Translations under genes and position numbers: made by a program
NCBI GenBank assembly: GCA_938005705.1
Contig: CALLML010000048.1
Coordinates: 2,066 to 66,065 of the forward strand
Reading direction: 5' to 3'
Origin: an uncultured bacterium
GTDB lineage: Bacteria > Verrucomicrobiota > Kiritimatiellia > PWTM01
Length of the DNA: 64,000 bases
Part shown: piece by piece, positions 31,020 to 41,750 of the stretch
Numbering within the stretch: position 1 is the first letter of the stretch
How the letters are laid out: each line of letters starts with the position of its first letter
Notes under the pieces: generated by a model
The model's input: the letters and a program-made list of their open reading frames with translations, nothing else
Told to the model about the DNA's origin: nothing
Database searches by the model: none

Positions 31020-31492
31020 ACACCGCGTGTCAGCCAACGGGTTCGTGATTGTCTTTTTGCGTTCTTTCCAGCCGGCTGAGCAAGGGCGCGTTCCAGGGGG
31101 GAGGGCGTCGAAACTTTGTTCCGATCGCCGGTTCTTTCGCCCGTAATCCTGCGCGGCGCAAGCGGCTTGCAAGGAGACGAATCCGGATTCACCTTCGCCG
31201 ATTGGATTTTCTGCCAAGGTGGGCGTGCAGGTCGCGCGCATGACGCAGACACGGGCCTGCCTGTTCTGCCACGGGAATGACTATTCATATAGTCTTCATG
31301 ACGGCCTACGGCGGGCTTTCGAAACGCGGCGAGGTCGTCGAACTCCCGCACGGTAGAATAGCATCGGGTCTTCGGCCCCATCCAAGTCTCCGCCCCCCCC
31401 GTGGTCTTCCCGCATTCGGGACGTTGTCCAAACGGGTCTGCTCAGGGGGCTCGATCTCGACGCGATAAGGCCACGGACGCTTTCCGGTCATT

Positions 31493-32152
31493 TTATTTCG
31501 GCTCCGTCTGCATCGGAGTGATATTTTCTTCATTCCGGTCGGACTCTTCACGTAGCCGACGTTCGGCATCTTTTTTGAGCTCTTGAATCTCTCGCCGCAG
31601 GCCGGCGATCTCCGCGTCGCGTGCGGCGAGGTTCCGGCGAATATTTTCCAGTTCGGCGGAAAGACGGTTCGCCTTCTCTTCAAGTGCTGATCGTTCCCGC
31701 ATGAGCTGGTCGCGCTCCCGCTCGAGGGTTGCGATCTGGATACGTGCCTGCTCGAGCTCACGGCGTAATTCCGAAATGATTCGAGTCCGTTCGGCACGTT
31801 CGATGCGCAGCTGTTCATCACGGAGATGGGCTTCCGCGCGGACTCGGATAATTTCCGCGGCTGCCTGCTCCAGCTGACGACGGAGGGGATCGTTCGTGGC
31901 TTGTTCCTGGCGGAGTAGCTGTTCGGCCTCCTGCTGGGCGGCCAAGGCTGCCGAGTGCGCAATTTCGGCCTTTTGGACGGCGGATTGCGCCTTCGATAAC
32001 GCCCCAGTGATCTCTCTGATACGCCGATGCGCGGCAGCGTGTTTCAAAACAAGGGTTTGTTCTCGTTGGGCATCGCGCTCCAACCGCCATGCATGGCCGG
32101 CGATCCAGCAGGAAGCCGCGAGAAAAACAACAAGCCAGAGGTGGATTCTCAT
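31493..32152 (-). CDS. Membrane-anchored coiled-coil protein
   Basis: N-terminal hydrophobic segment then E/R/Q/A-rich heptads. 4-bp overlap with the upstream gene. Confidence 0.7.
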   Translation of the reverse strand: MRIHLWLVVFLAASCWIAGHAWRLERDAQREQTLVLKHAAAHRRIREITGALSKAQSAVQKAEIAHSAALAAQQEAEQLLRQEQATNDPLRRQLEQAAAEIIRVRAEAHLRDEQLRIERAERTRIISELRRELEQARIQIATLERERDQLMRERSALEEKANRLSAELENIRRNLAARDAEIAGLRREIQELKKDAERRLREESDRNEENITPMQTEPK

Positions 32153-33651
32153 GGTGCCTTCTCCATGGGGCGCAACTGCACGATCTCAAAAAGACGCCAG
32201 TCGCCCCAGTCACTGTCGTAGAGCGTATAGCGGGTTCCCCGTTCGTAAATGCGGGGAAACTTCCAATGGATGGAATCCATGGCTCCACGGCCCTCGGGAC
32301 GCCGCACAAGGAGAAAAAGTCGATTTCCCTCATAATCTCGTTCCGCAGCAGCGAAATCAAAGTCGAGTGTGGAGACGAACATGGGGGGAGGGTGGGGCCC
32401 CAATAGGGCGAGGCTGTCATATCCGGCCACAAAGACCACGGAAAATGGCGAGAGTAAACGCACATGGCTTTCGAGACAAGGCAGCCAATGCCCCCGTTGG
32501 GTCGCCAGCGCGGCGTAGGAGGCACGTTCTGGGGCGAAGAGCGAGCGTTCCGGCAACCGTGCGATGGCACCGAGAGTCAAAGCGAGCGCCGCGATCCATG
32601 CAACGGTGCGAGCGAGAACCCGGTGTGCGTTGTCCCGCGCATGGTACGCCACGGCGAAGACCGTTAACGGCGCTGCGACGAAGAGCAATGGCGTAGGCGA
32701 ACCCAAAAGCCCGCGCAGGTTCAAGATGGCGGCCATACCGACGGGCGCGGCGGCCAGCAAACCCAGAAAAACGCCGGCGCGCCGTCCCCGCCATGCGGCG
32801 GCCGTTGCCGACAACAGCGCGATGATTACGGCCAGCGCATCCATCGGCGAAAAAGGAAAAGGTGCGACAATCGGTCTGCTCAACAATTCACGATGACGCA
32901 GCACCCCCCGCAGGAAATAGATGGCGTCCCCCATAATGAGCCAGTTCAGCAGAAACCAGAAACCCGCGACGGCGACCGGCGGCAACAGGGCTAGCCAGAG
33001 CACGGCTGCCCGCTGGCCGCGCGGAAAGGCACCGCAGACGAGGTCGAAAAACAGGCAGAAATAAAGTCCAGCGACCCATGGAACCATTTCAAGGCTGCTG
33101 CCGATCAGCATCGCCGATCCGGCGGCCAGCCGGACCAGCGCGCGCAGGCGGCGGCGCTCCGTCCATTCCGCGAGGCCATCCGTGGCGTGCAGGGCGAACA
33201 GCCCTATGAGCGGACCGAGCCCTCCGCCGAGCGTCTGTTCCAGAAAGAAAGGCTGCGCGATGATGACCGGTGCGATCCAGGTATGGCCCCCGCGAAGTCC
33301 CCACTGTTGAAACCTTCGGATCAACAGAGACACGACCCAGGCAGCGGCGGCTGATGAAAGCAGCAGCGAGGGAATCGGCCAAATACCAGGAAGAGTCGCC
33401 ATGGCCGTGAAGGGAAGCCGTAGGAGTGTTGGGAAGGGCGGCCACCAGGCGGAGGCCACGAGCGCTTGGCGCCCCAACGTCGTATTTGCTGTCAGGTGCC
33501 GCGCGATCGCCTCATACACGACGCCGTCCGCCGAGAGATGATCCGGGTATGCGAGTCCAAACGCGAAGAATGCAACGGCCAACGCCGCCGGAAGCAGTCG
33601 TACGACCCATGGCCAATTGTCACGGGGCGGGGGAAGCGTGGAAAAGGCCAT
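32149..33651 (-). CDS. Polytopic membrane protein, possible GT-C (PMT/ArnT-like) glycosyltransferase
   Basis: About 10-12 hydrophobic segments. First loop HLSADGVVY followed by WWPPFPTLL. Overlaps the GT2 gene. Confidence 0.6.
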   Translation of the reverse strand: MAFSTLPPPRDNWPWVVRLLPAALAVAFFAFGLAYPDHLSADGVVYEAIARHLTANTTLGRQALVASAWWPPFPTLLRLPFTAMATLPGIWPIPSLLLSSAAAAWVVSLLIRRFQQWGLRGGHTWIAPVIIAQPFFLEQTLGGGLGPLIGLFALHATDGLAEWTERRRLRALVRLAAGSAMLIGSSLEMVPWVAGLYFCLFFDLVCGAFPRGQRAAVLWLALLPPVAVAGFWFLLNWLIMGDAIYFLRGVLRHRELLSRPIVAPFPFSPMDALAVIIALLSATAAAWRGRRAGVFLGLLAAAPVGMAAILNLRGLLGSPTPLLFVAAPLTVFAVAYHARDNAHRVLARTVAWIAALALTLGAIARLPERSLFAPERASYAALATQRGHWLPCLESHVRLLSPFSVVFVAGYDSLALLGPHPPPMFVSTLDFDFAAAERDYEGNRLFLLVRRPEGRGAMDSIHWKFPRIYERGTRYTLYDSDWGDWRLFEIVQLRPMEKAP

Positions 33652-35065
33652 GACGGGTTTTCTCCCAGTGAAAAGGGTTTGTGAAGAATTGCCCGAACGC
33701 GCGCCACGCGCCGATACTCATTAACGCCCAGTAAGGCGGCGCGAATATTGCATATTTGACGAGGTCGAAATAACAGCGTCGATAACAGCCGATTCCTCCC
33801 AGGTAGATGAAGATGAAGTTGCCGACGAACAGGCACAGGGCGCTCATGAGAAATATTGGTCCGGGAAACAACGTCATCAGCGCCGTCCATCGGAAACAGA
33901 ACCAGGTGAGCGCCATGGCCCAGAAAACGGGGTTGATCAGCAAAGAAAAAACGATGCCGCCGATCAACATCTGAAAATGAATGAAATTGACCGGTCCGAG
34001 TTCTTTCCACAGCGCGGCGGGGTTGCGCATGTGGACCAGCCATGTCTGAATATAGCCTTTCAACCAGCGGGAACGCTGTCGGATCCAGAACGGAAGGCTC
34101 GAGCAGGCCTCTTCCCAAGTCGTGGAATCTAGGATACGGGTACGCCCTCCCCGCCGATAAATACGAATGCCGAGGTCGCAATCCTCGGTAACATTGTAGG
34201 CATCCCAACCGAGCAGTCCGCGCAGAGCGGCGGTGCGAAAATGGTTCGATGTGCCGCCAAGTGGAATGAGGGCCCCCAGCGCGGAGAGACCCGGCAGCGA
34301 AAGATCAAACCAGGCGGCATATTCGCCCGCAAACCAGCGGGTCAGGAGATTCTGACGGGGGTTGTAAAAATTGAGTTTACACTGCAGGCAGACCACCTCG
34401 GGCGGCAAGGTTCGGAACGCGGCGATCGCCTTCCGGAGCTGATCGGGCTCGGGGCGGTCCTCGGCATCGTAGATCACCAGGAACTCGCCGCGCGCGCGCG
34501 CGAGCCCGACGTTGCAGGCTTTCGGTTTGGTACGCGGAAACGATGCCGGCACGACGGTGATGCGAAAGCTCGGGGGGAGGGTCAATGCGTCGGCGGCGGA
34601 TCGGGTCACGGCGTCATCCTCCTCCAGCAGTAACTGAACATCCTTTTTATCGGCGGGGTAGTCCATCGCCGCAATAGCCGCGACGATATTCTTGATGGAC
34701 TCCGGTTCGCGATACAGGGGCACCAAAATAGAATATGTGGGAAGAGCGGCGTCATCATCAGCGGCCAGGGCTTCCGGCGGCACGTGGATTTCTGCCTGGC
34801 GCGAAACCGACATTCGCACCAGCAGGAGTTTGTAGAACGTGGAGAGGAGGTAAAAAATCGTTGCGCAGAACACCAGCACGCGCGCCGTGGTCCAGGGGCG
34901 CGCGAGCAAACCCCCCATTAGGGCAGCGGCGAGAAACCCGGCGACGACGCTTTGTGCCCATGTCAGCGGTTGATGGGCACTCAATGCCGGGTGTATCCGA
35001 CACAGCGCCAACGGGTCCTCGATCACGCGATCGTCGGCCTTGAGCGGGAAAAGGGGATGGAACAC
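33620..35065 (-). CDS. Membrane-embedded GT2 glycosyltransferase (cellulose synthase/NfrB-like)
   Basis: ILVPLYRE, PRTKPKACN, YDAED, NVTEDCDLG, QRSRW, flanking TM helices, WEKTRHG. Confidence 0.9.
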   Translation of the reverse strand: MFHPLFPLKADDRVIEDPLALCRIHPALSAHQPLTWAQSVVAGFLAAALMGGLLARPWTTARVLVFCATIFYLLSTFYKLLLVRMSVSRQAEIHVPPEALAADDDAALPTYSILVPLYREPESIKNIVAAIAAMDYPADKKDVQLLLEEDDAVTRSAADALTLPPSFRITVVPASFPRTKPKACNVGLARARGEFLVIYDAEDRPEPDQLRKAIAAFRTLPPEVVCLQCKLNFYNPRQNLLTRWFAGEYAAWFDLSLPGLSALGALIPLGGTSNHFRTAALRGLLGWDAYNVTEDCDLGIRIYRRGGRTRILDSTTWEEACSSLPFWIRQRSRWLKGYIQTWLVHMRNPAALWKELGPVNFIHFQMLIGGIVFSLLINPVFWAMALTWFCFRWTALMTLFPGPIFLMSALCLFVGNFIFIYLGGIGCYRRCYFDLVKYAIFAPPYWALMSIGAWRAFGQFFTNPFHWEKTRHGLFHASPAP

Positions 35066-35070
35066 AGTTT

Positions 35071-37299
35071 TCAGGGCGACTCTCCGGCGGCCTGCAATAA
35101 TGCGCGGGCCGTGGTTTCAGCGGCCAGCTCGCGTCCCTCGGACGTGAGATGGACGGTGGACGGCAGAAAGAAACGTTGGGGGTTTTCCATGGCGCCAGCG
35201 CCAATAAAGGAAGTAAATAGATCAGCCACGGGCAGGCCCCGTGATCGCGCGACGCGTTGGATGGCAGCCGCATAGGCGCGCGCGCGATCCCCCAGATCGG
35301 GTAGGGGAGGGGGTGTGAGCCAGACCACCGGCGCCGTGCGCAAGAGACGATCCGTCATCACAGCCGCATGACGTTCAAATGTTTCGACGTCCAGGCCCGC
35401 GAGCAAATCGCCGAGTGCGAGGCTGACCACAATGAGCGTCGGGCGCCGTGTGACCGCTTCTGGCGAAACGGTCAGCTTGAGTAACGGCGCCCAAGCCTCC
35501 GGAAAATGATCGCTCCGGGGCGGGTGGAGCAAACGGACCTCCGGGCGATCCGGGCCATCGAGCAGCCGGGCCAATCTCCGGTGCCATTCCCATTTTTGCT
35601 CGCTCCGGGGCGAACCATAAGGGGCAAGTGTGTCATCCACGCAGACCAGCTGACCGAATATGTCATCGAGCGTCAGTCGAGGGAATGGGGGGGAGCGCGG
35701 TCGCTCTTCGGCGATGAATACATGGCGTTGGCCTCCGGCTTCCCGAATCGCATCCGCCTCCACCCGCAGGGCAACGGTGGAGGCCGGTCCGAAACGGATG
35801 GTTTCGGCAAAAAGCTCTGTACCTTCGTGTCGAACTCGCCAGCGTAGACATTCCACCTTGGCGGCATCGAAGGAGCCGGTGTGAATCTGCAACGGCAGCT
35901 GTTCCGTGCGTATGGTCGAGGTACCGGACAGGCGGGTGCCGTCGCGTTGTTCCAAAATCCACTCTGTCTCGAACACAGCATCTGGCGGTCCCCCGCCGCG
36001 CACAACGAGGCGGGGGTTGAAGCGATCGCGTGAAAAGGCGGCCGCAGGCAATCCCTCGAGCTCGGCGTGAAGAGCGTATAACGTTGGGACGAGATTCGAA
36101 AGGTCTAGTTCGCGCTCTACAGCATCCGTGAATCCGAGTTCGTCGCGTACTTCAAGCCGGGTGCGCCGAACGCCCTCACCTGTGAATATATGGCGAACCA
36201 CGTCGCCCTCCTTGAAACGTCCGTCATCGAATTGCCAATGAGTAGCTGAAATTCGAGCGCTGCGGCTGACGCTCCGGTTGTGGAATCGGACGGGAACGAA
36301 GACGGCGGGGTGCCTGCGAAAACCGTAGGCAGTTTCGCGAGTGAAGGCGAAATCAGCCGTCAGCACCTGGTCTATTCGTTCCAGTCGGGCGCCGCGCACA
36401 AGCGTAGCCGAGACCAGGAGACCGGGGGGAAACGGCTCCGGATCGGACATATCGGATCGGAGCCATCCCACTCGCACATCGGGTGGACCGCGCGTGGCCA
36501 GGATCAGCTCGATAAGACGGACGCCGGCAGGAATGAGGATGGCGTCGCCGATGCTCCATTCGTTCGAAGATGTGCCGTAAGGTTCTTCGGCGACAACGCG
36601 CCCATCCACCAGAAGAAATGCCGCGCTGTTGGAACCGAGCGCGAACCGCACCTTTTCCTCTTGGGAGAAAATCGCCCATACGCTCGACCGGCAGAGCAAC
36701 AGCGGGGGGTTTCGTCGGGCTTCCGGTTGTTCCGGAGAGACCCAACGACCGCTGCGAAAGATTTTTCCGACGGCGTCGAGCGATGGCATAGGGAGGGGGC
36801 GTTCGAGCAGAGAGGCGTGGTGGAGCATATAATGCATGCGGGGCCAGGTGTTCGGGGCATTTCCCCCTGTTGGGCGATATACTTCGAGGCGGACGGGATT
36901 GAGGTCGCGCGGGGGCGAGGCGGCGAGCGAGTCGCTTCCTTGGCCAAAATACACGGCATAGGGCGCGTTTGTGTTCGACGTGTCCCGCTGAACGAGGAAC
37001 CAAGCGCGCGTACCATCGTCGATCATCTTGCTAACACCAAGTGTCCGCCCGAGCGGTCCAATGGCGGCCCGTGCCGGGTCATCGCGCGAGAAATCCCGTG
37101 GCAACTCCAAAAGCAATGTAGAACCCGTGTTAGGCGGCACCTCGAAAACAGCACGCCGGGGGCAGTCAGGCCGGCGCCACGAGGGTTGGGCCTCCATCAC
37201 ATCGGAACGAGCGTCAAAAATCAGAAAGAAGCCGACCAACATGGCGATGCGAAACACCGATATTTTGCCATTGCGCTTTTTCCGTGAAAGCATAAGCAT
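35071..37299 (-). CDS. Exported multidomain protein (PA14-like, PKD-like, C-terminal SGNH-like domains)
   Basis: N-terminal TM/signal, AFLLVDGRVV, WQFDDG...RHIF, C-terminal SLALGD..VVWLTPPP..PVADLF..TVHLTSEG. Confidence 0.55.
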   Translation of the reverse strand: MLMLSRKKRNGKISVFRIAMLVGFFLIFDARSDVMEAQPSWRRPDCPRRAVFEVPPNTGSTLLLELPRDFSRDDPARAAIGPLGRTLGVSKMIDDGTRAWFLVQRDTSNTNAPYAVYFGQGSDSLAASPPRDLNPVRLEVYRPTGGNAPNTWPRMHYMLHHASLLERPLPMPSLDAVGKIFRSGRWVSPEQPEARRNPPLLLCRSSVWAIFSQEEKVRFALGSNSAAFLLVDGRVVAEEPYGTSSNEWSIGDAILIPAGVRLIELILATRGPPDVRVGWLRSDMSDPEPFPPGLLVSATLVRGARLERIDQVLTADFAFTRETAYGFRRHPAVFVPVRFHNRSVSRSARISATHWQFDDGRFKEGDVVRHIFTGEGVRRTRLEVRDELGFTDAVERELDLSNLVPTLYALHAELEGLPAAAFSRDRFNPRLVVRGGGPPDAVFETEWILEQRDGTRLSGTSTIRTEQLPLQIHTGSFDAAKVECLRWRVRHEGTELFAETIRFGPASTVALRVEADAIREAGGQRHVFIAEERPRSPPFPRLTLDDIFGQLVCVDDTLAPYGSPRSEQKWEWHRRLARLLDGPDRPEVRLLHPPRSDHFPEAWAPLLKLTVSPEAVTRRPTLIVVSLALGDLLAGLDVETFERHAAVMTDRLLRTAPVVWLTPPPLPDLGDRARAYAAAIQRVARSRGLPVADLFTSFIGAGAMENPQRFFLPSTVHLTSEGRELAAETTARALLQAAGESP

Positions 37300-37400
37300 G
37301 TTGCTATGGTGAACAGATGAATGAATTGTACGACTCGGCCGTTCTATAATCAGGACGTAGGAAGGGCAATATATTTCGGAAAAAGAGAGTGGTGGCGCGC

Positions 37401-38189
37401 ATGCATGAAGCCCACAAGCGGTTGCGCCCCGGCCGCGAACGTGAGGCGTTTAAAAAGGAACCGGCAAAGAGGCGGCCGGCCTTTACGCTGATCGAGCTGA
37501 TGGTGGTCATCGGCATCATTGCGTTGCTGATGGTCATCGCAATTCCGTTAATCGGTCGGGCATTGGAACAGGCTCGCCAAGCGGACTGCGCGAGCAATCT
37601 GCGCCAGTTCAGTGTGGCGATCATGGTATATCGGAACGACCGATCCAACGATCCCATTCCCACGCCGCCCTGGCTTTCCAATCTGTATCCCAGTTACATG
37701 ACCGCCCCTAGTTCGTATATCTGTCGCACGGATCGGTCTCGGGGCCGCGAGGGCAGCCGACCGAATGGGGTGTTCGAAAATGACTTTGACGAAACCGATG
37801 ACACCGAGTTCAATCCGTCGGGCCCTACCGCCTACGGCCGCAACCCTGACATCCGGCGTTGCAGCTACATGTACGAATTCAGCGCGGCGCCCTGCAGCTG
37901 GAATTGGTCGTCGTACCTGGGCACTTCGCTAGCGGATGTGGACCGTAACGCCGATGGTGTGGCGAGCTGGGCGGAAGTGAAAATGTACCACATGCAGAAC
38001 GGGGACGAGTGGAACAAGCATCAACCCTATGGGGAGAGCATGTTCCCGATGATCCGCTGTTTTCAGCACCATGCGTTCAAGAAAGTACACACGCCGGAAG
38101 GTTTACAGGCTTGGACCCTCAACGTGGCCTACGCGGGCAACGTATTTGAAGCGCCGCTTTTCTGGGAGTACAACTTCGGCCCGCCGTGA
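37401..38189 (+). CDS. Prepilin-type N-terminal cleavage/methylation domain protein (PVC-type)
   Basis: RRPAFTLIELMVVIGIIALL then ARQADCASNLRQ. Start uncertain (37389 GTG or 37401 ATG). Confidence 0.85.
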   Translation: MHEAHKRLRPGREREAFKKEPAKRRPAFTLIELMVVIGIIALLMVIAIPLIGRALEQARQADCASNLRQFSVAIMVYRNDRSNDPIPTPPWLSNLYPSYMTAPSSYICRTDRSRGREGSRPNGVFENDFDETDDTEFNPSGPTAYGRNPDIRRCSYMYEFSAAPCSWNWSSYLGTSLADVDRNADGVASWAEVKMYHMQNGDEWNKHQPYGESMFPMIRCFQHHAFKKVHTPEGLQAWTLNVAYAGNVFEAPLFWEYNFGPP

Positions 38190-38269
38190 GCGCCGGGCCA
38201 GGTGTCGTCCCGCGCGGTGCGGAGGCGCCGTCAGCGCGTCGGAAATGGTCACGAGGAAGGAGCGTGTTC

Positions 38270-40096
38270 ATGAGACTCATCGGTGCTTGGAAAGCCACAA
38301 CACGGAGGGTCGTCGGCGTGGCCGTGATGGCGACGCTGCTGGGCGGCTGCAGGACTACCTCGCCGAAGACAGATTTCCAGGTGTCACGTCAGGCGCCTGC
38401 TTTTGATCAAGTGCGGCAACTAGTGGAGAAGGGCAGGCTGGAAGACGCATTAGCGGAGTGTATTGATTTGAGCCGCCGCGATCCGAACCAACCCGGTCTG
38501 GCTGAGTTACAAAACGAGGTGTTGAGCGCCGTGTTGCGGGAACGCGAGCGGGTGGCGGTGGCCCGGCTGGCGCAAAAGGAGCGTGCGGCGGCGGTGGATA
38601 TAAGTGAATCATCCGCCATTCCCGACACCTATCGGCTCCGCCGCTTCGTCCACGGAGATGCGGGAAGCCTGCGCACGCCGCGCGGCCCCATGCAGGAGGC
38701 GCTAGACCGCCTCGTCACGGTCCATCTCGACAACGCCGGTCTCAACGAGTTCATTCTAGAAATCGGCAAGCGCGAGAATATCAATATCATTGCCGACGCC
38801 AACACAAGCGACCAGGCTCTGACGATTCATGCCGAAAAAGTCCCCTTGCGAGAGATTCTCGATTTCATTTCCCGTAATCTGGGCGTGACATTCTATGTGG
38901 GCGAGAATCTCATCTGGGTCACTCCGGCTCCCGACAATGCGGTAGGAGCGCCGATGGACATGAGGATTTACCGCCTTCGCAAGGGGCGGCGTGCGGAGGA
39001 GCTCGCCGGCGAAAACGGGGCGCTGTCCATCACCCAGGCCATCGAAACTTTTGTTCCCCAGCCGGAGGGCTCGGCATTGATGTTCGACCCCCGATCCCAC
39101 ACATTGATAGCGAGAAACACCCGCGCCCACTTGGAACGGATCGAAGACCTCATCGAGGCACTCGATGTCGCTCCGCCGCAGGTGCTGATCGAAGCGCGGT
39201 TCGTGGCGGTGGGAGTCAATGACCTGGCGGAATTGGGCGTAAACTGGGTGTTGGACAGCCCTATTGTGGTTTCCGAAAAGCGCTCGGGGCGCACCCGTGG
39301 CCCACGAACGCGGATCAACGAAGGCGCCACACTGGGATTCGGTGGTATGCCCAATCAGGCCATTGGATTGAATTTCACCTATCAGGGCCTGTTGACCGAA
39401 CCGATGTTCCGAGCCGTAATGCACGCCCTGGAAGTGAGTGGAAAGTCGCGCACGCTTTCTGTGCCGAAAGTGACCACATTGAACAATCAGCAGGCCACGA
39501 TCCGCATCGGCGAGGACTTTCGCTTTTTCGAGGAGTACGACGTCCAGTCCGTTCCCGCATCGGTCTCGGATGCCGGCAGCACGACCTATCAAACCGTGCT
39601 CGTGCCTGTGGGTAGGCCCACGCTGGAAGAACTCGGTATCGAGCTGGAAGTCACGCCCAGCGTCGGGGCGGACCTGGAAGATATTTTGCTGACGCTTCGG
39701 CCCGAAATCAGCGAGTTCGTCCGATACGAATATTACACGACCGCCGCCAATCAGGCGCCCGGCATGGATCCCGGCATCAACCCCACTAACGCCCCGCTTT
39801 CCGTCATCAAGGTGCCCATCTTTCGCCGCAGCCGTATCGAGACGCAAGTCCGCGTGCGCAGCAGCGAAACGGTCGTGATGGGCGGCCTGATTTCCTCCAC
39901 AGAATCTCGGCAGCGCAAGGGAGTACCGATCCTTTCCCGCATTCCGATATTCGGTAAACTGTTCATCTATGAGGCAACGGACGAGGATCGAAAGAATCTC
40001 CTGATCTTCGTCACGGCCACTCTCGTTTCCAATCGTGGGGAAAGCCTCGTTCCGCTGGCCGCACCGACCCCAACCGAAGCTGAGCCGGTTCCATAA
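38270..40096 (+). CDS. Secretin (GspD/PilQ-like), lipoprotein
   Basis: Lipobox LLGGC, N-domain TLIARNT..LIEALDV, QVLIEARFV, LSVPKVTTLNNQQATI, GVPILSRIPIFGKLF, LLIFVTATLV. Confidence 0.9.
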   Translation: MRLIGAWKATTRRVVGVAVMATLLGGCRTTSPKTDFQVSRQAPAFDQVRQLVEKGRLEDALAECIDLSRRDPNQPGLAELQNEVLSAVLRERERVAVARLAQKERAAAVDISESSAIPDTYRLRRFVHGDAGSLRTPRGPMQEALDRLVTVHLDNAGLNEFILEIGKRENINIIADANTSDQALTIHAEKVPLREILDFISRNLGVTFYVGENLIWVTPAPDNAVGAPMDMRIYRLRKGRRAEELAGENGALSITQAIETFVPQPEGSALMFDPRSHTLIARNTRAHLERIEDLIEALDVAPPQVLIEARFVAVGVNDLAELGVNWVLDSPIVVSEKRSGRTRGPRTRINEGATLGFGGMPNQAIGLNFTYQGLLTEPMFRAVMHALEVSGKSRTLSVPKVTTLNNQQATIRIGEDFRFFEEYDVQSVPASVSDAGSTTYQTVLVPVGRPTLEELGIELEVTPSVGADLEDILLTLRPEISEFVRYEYYTTAANQAPGMDPGINPTNAPLSVIKVPIFRRSRIETQVRVRSSETVVMGGLISSTESRQRKGVPILSRIPIFGKLFIYEATDEDRKNLLIFVTATLVSNRGESLVPLAAPTPTEAEPVP

Positions 40097-40103
40097 TCCT
40101 CCC

Positions 40104-41750
40104 ATGTTGCGCTTCTCCCCCACCGAAACCATCGTCGGCCTTGACCTGGGGCGTTATGCCGTTCGTGCGGTATGGGTCAAGACCGGCACGGGGGGGCCGC
40201 AGGTAGAGAAGCGCGAAGCGCTGCGCATGCCGTTCGACGGCATGGGCGCACACGAGGCGTTGAATCTCTGGATCGGACAAAAGAATTTGAAGGAGGCGGC
40301 GTGCGCCATTGCGTTGCCGGGTCCGCAAACGCTGTTTCAGCCTTTGTTGCTACCGCCGGACGACCCTCGAACCGATGCTCAGGCTGCCGCCGTCGAGGTG
40401 CTGAAATACAACGAGATGGTCTCGGATTCCATGCGCTACGCGTATGCGCCATTTTCATTGGCGCCGAACGAACGGCGTTTGCTGCTGACGATGGCTCGCG
40501 CCGAGGCAGTGGATGAGACCCTGCGCCGCGCACGGGAACTAGGGTTGCGAGTGGCGGAGATGGTGCCGTCCGCCGTGGCCCTTTACAACGCAGCGGCACC
40601 GGCGCTGGACGATCGGCCAGCCCTGTTGATCGGCATTGGAGCCGGAGGAACGGACGTGGTCGTGGGATCCGCATCCGGTCTGTTCTTTGTGCGATCCTTC
40701 GCGGTCGGCGGGCGTCATTTTACGGACGCGCTGGGTCGGCAGTGTAAAATCGGCTTGGCACAGGCGGAAAGCCGAAAGGAGACGGAAGGCAGTCTGGTGG
40801 GCGAAGGGCCGGAACACGCGGCACTGCGTCAGGCCGCGGAGGTCTGGCTCAACGAATTACGTGCGTGTCTCTCCATATACGGGAATTTGTTCACCGATCC
40901 GACAGCGCGCCCGGCACGCCTCTGGATGGCCGGTGGCGGAGCGCGGCTAGGGGGATTTCGGTCTTATGTGGCCGAGGCGCTCCGCCTCTCCCTCATGGAA
41001 AGAGTTGAGCTGGGTCTGGGCGGAGGCCTCGAAGAGGAGGGAGAGTGGGCCACGGCGTGCGGGTTGGCGCTGGCAGCCGCGGGAGCGGGTCGGTGTGCGA
41101 TCAGCCTGTTGCCGGAGCGGTTGCGCGTCGAGCGCGAATTTCGACGTCAGAAACCGGTCTGGGCAGCTTCCGCCGCCGTTGCAGGGCTGATCTTTCTCAC
41201 TGGCCTTGTCGGTGGATATCGCGATTTTCGCCGGAAATCCAACTTGTTGAACGCACAGAAAGTCAGCCTATTGAACCGTCAACGACTGGCGGCCGGCATT
41301 GAACACGCGCGCACGCGGAATGAACGAGTGCGTCAAATGGCGGGGACTGTTCGAACCCTGATGGCCGGTGCGCCCCAAATGAGGGATTTATTGGAGGCCA
41401 TTCAGGCATCCAAGGATGCGGATGATTGGATCACCATGGTGGCCGACGCCGGGTCGTATTTTGAAAAGAGTTCGGCGCCGAAGTCCCCTTTTCCCGCTGC
41501 CACGGGAGAACCGGTGAACCGCAGCCAACCTCCCGAGCCTCCCTTCGACCGGGTGTTGATCGAAGGATATACGCGGCGAGGCAATCTGACGACCGTCAAG
41601 CGCCTGATCGAGGGTTTGGCGACGGCACCGTTTGTTGCCTCAGCCGATCTGCTCAGCGACGATGAAGTTGTGGCAGATGAAACGTCGGAGCGCGAGGGAA
41701 CCGTCGGGGCGCGACGCTTCGTGATTGATGTGAGGCTTCGAGAGCGATGA
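40104..41750 (+). CDS. PilM-like actin-fold protein with C-terminal PilN-like membrane/coiled-coil segment
   Basis: VGLDLGRYAVRAV, IGIGAGGTDV, GGRHFTDAL, MAGGGARLGG, then ISLLP, a TM and a coiled coil. Confidence 0.8.
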   Translation: MLRFSPTETIVGLDLGRYAVRAVWVKTGTGGPQVEKREALRMPFDGMGAHEALNLWIGQKNLKEAACAIALPGPQTLFQPLLLPPDDPRTDAQAAAVEVLKYNEMVSDSMRYAYAPFSLAPNERRLLLTMARAEAVDETLRRARELGLRVAEMVPSAVALYNAAAPALDDRPALLIGIGAGGTDVVVGSASGLFFVRSFAVGGRHFTDALGRQCKIGLAQAESRKETEGSLVGEGPEHAALRQAAEVWLNELRACLSIYGNLFTDPTARPARLWMAGGGARLGGFRSYVAEALRLSLMERVELGLGGGLEEEGEWATACGLALAAAGAGRCAISLLPERLRVEREFRRQKPVWAASAAVAGLIFLTGLVGGYRDFRRKSNLLNAQKVSLLNRQRLAAGIEHARTRNERVRQMAGTVRTLMAGAPQMRDLLEAIQASKDADDWITMVADAGSYFEKSSAPKSPFPAATGEPVNRSQPPEPPFDRVLIEGYTRRGNLTTVKRLIEGLATAPFVASADLLSDDEVVADETSEREGTVGARRFVIDVRLRER

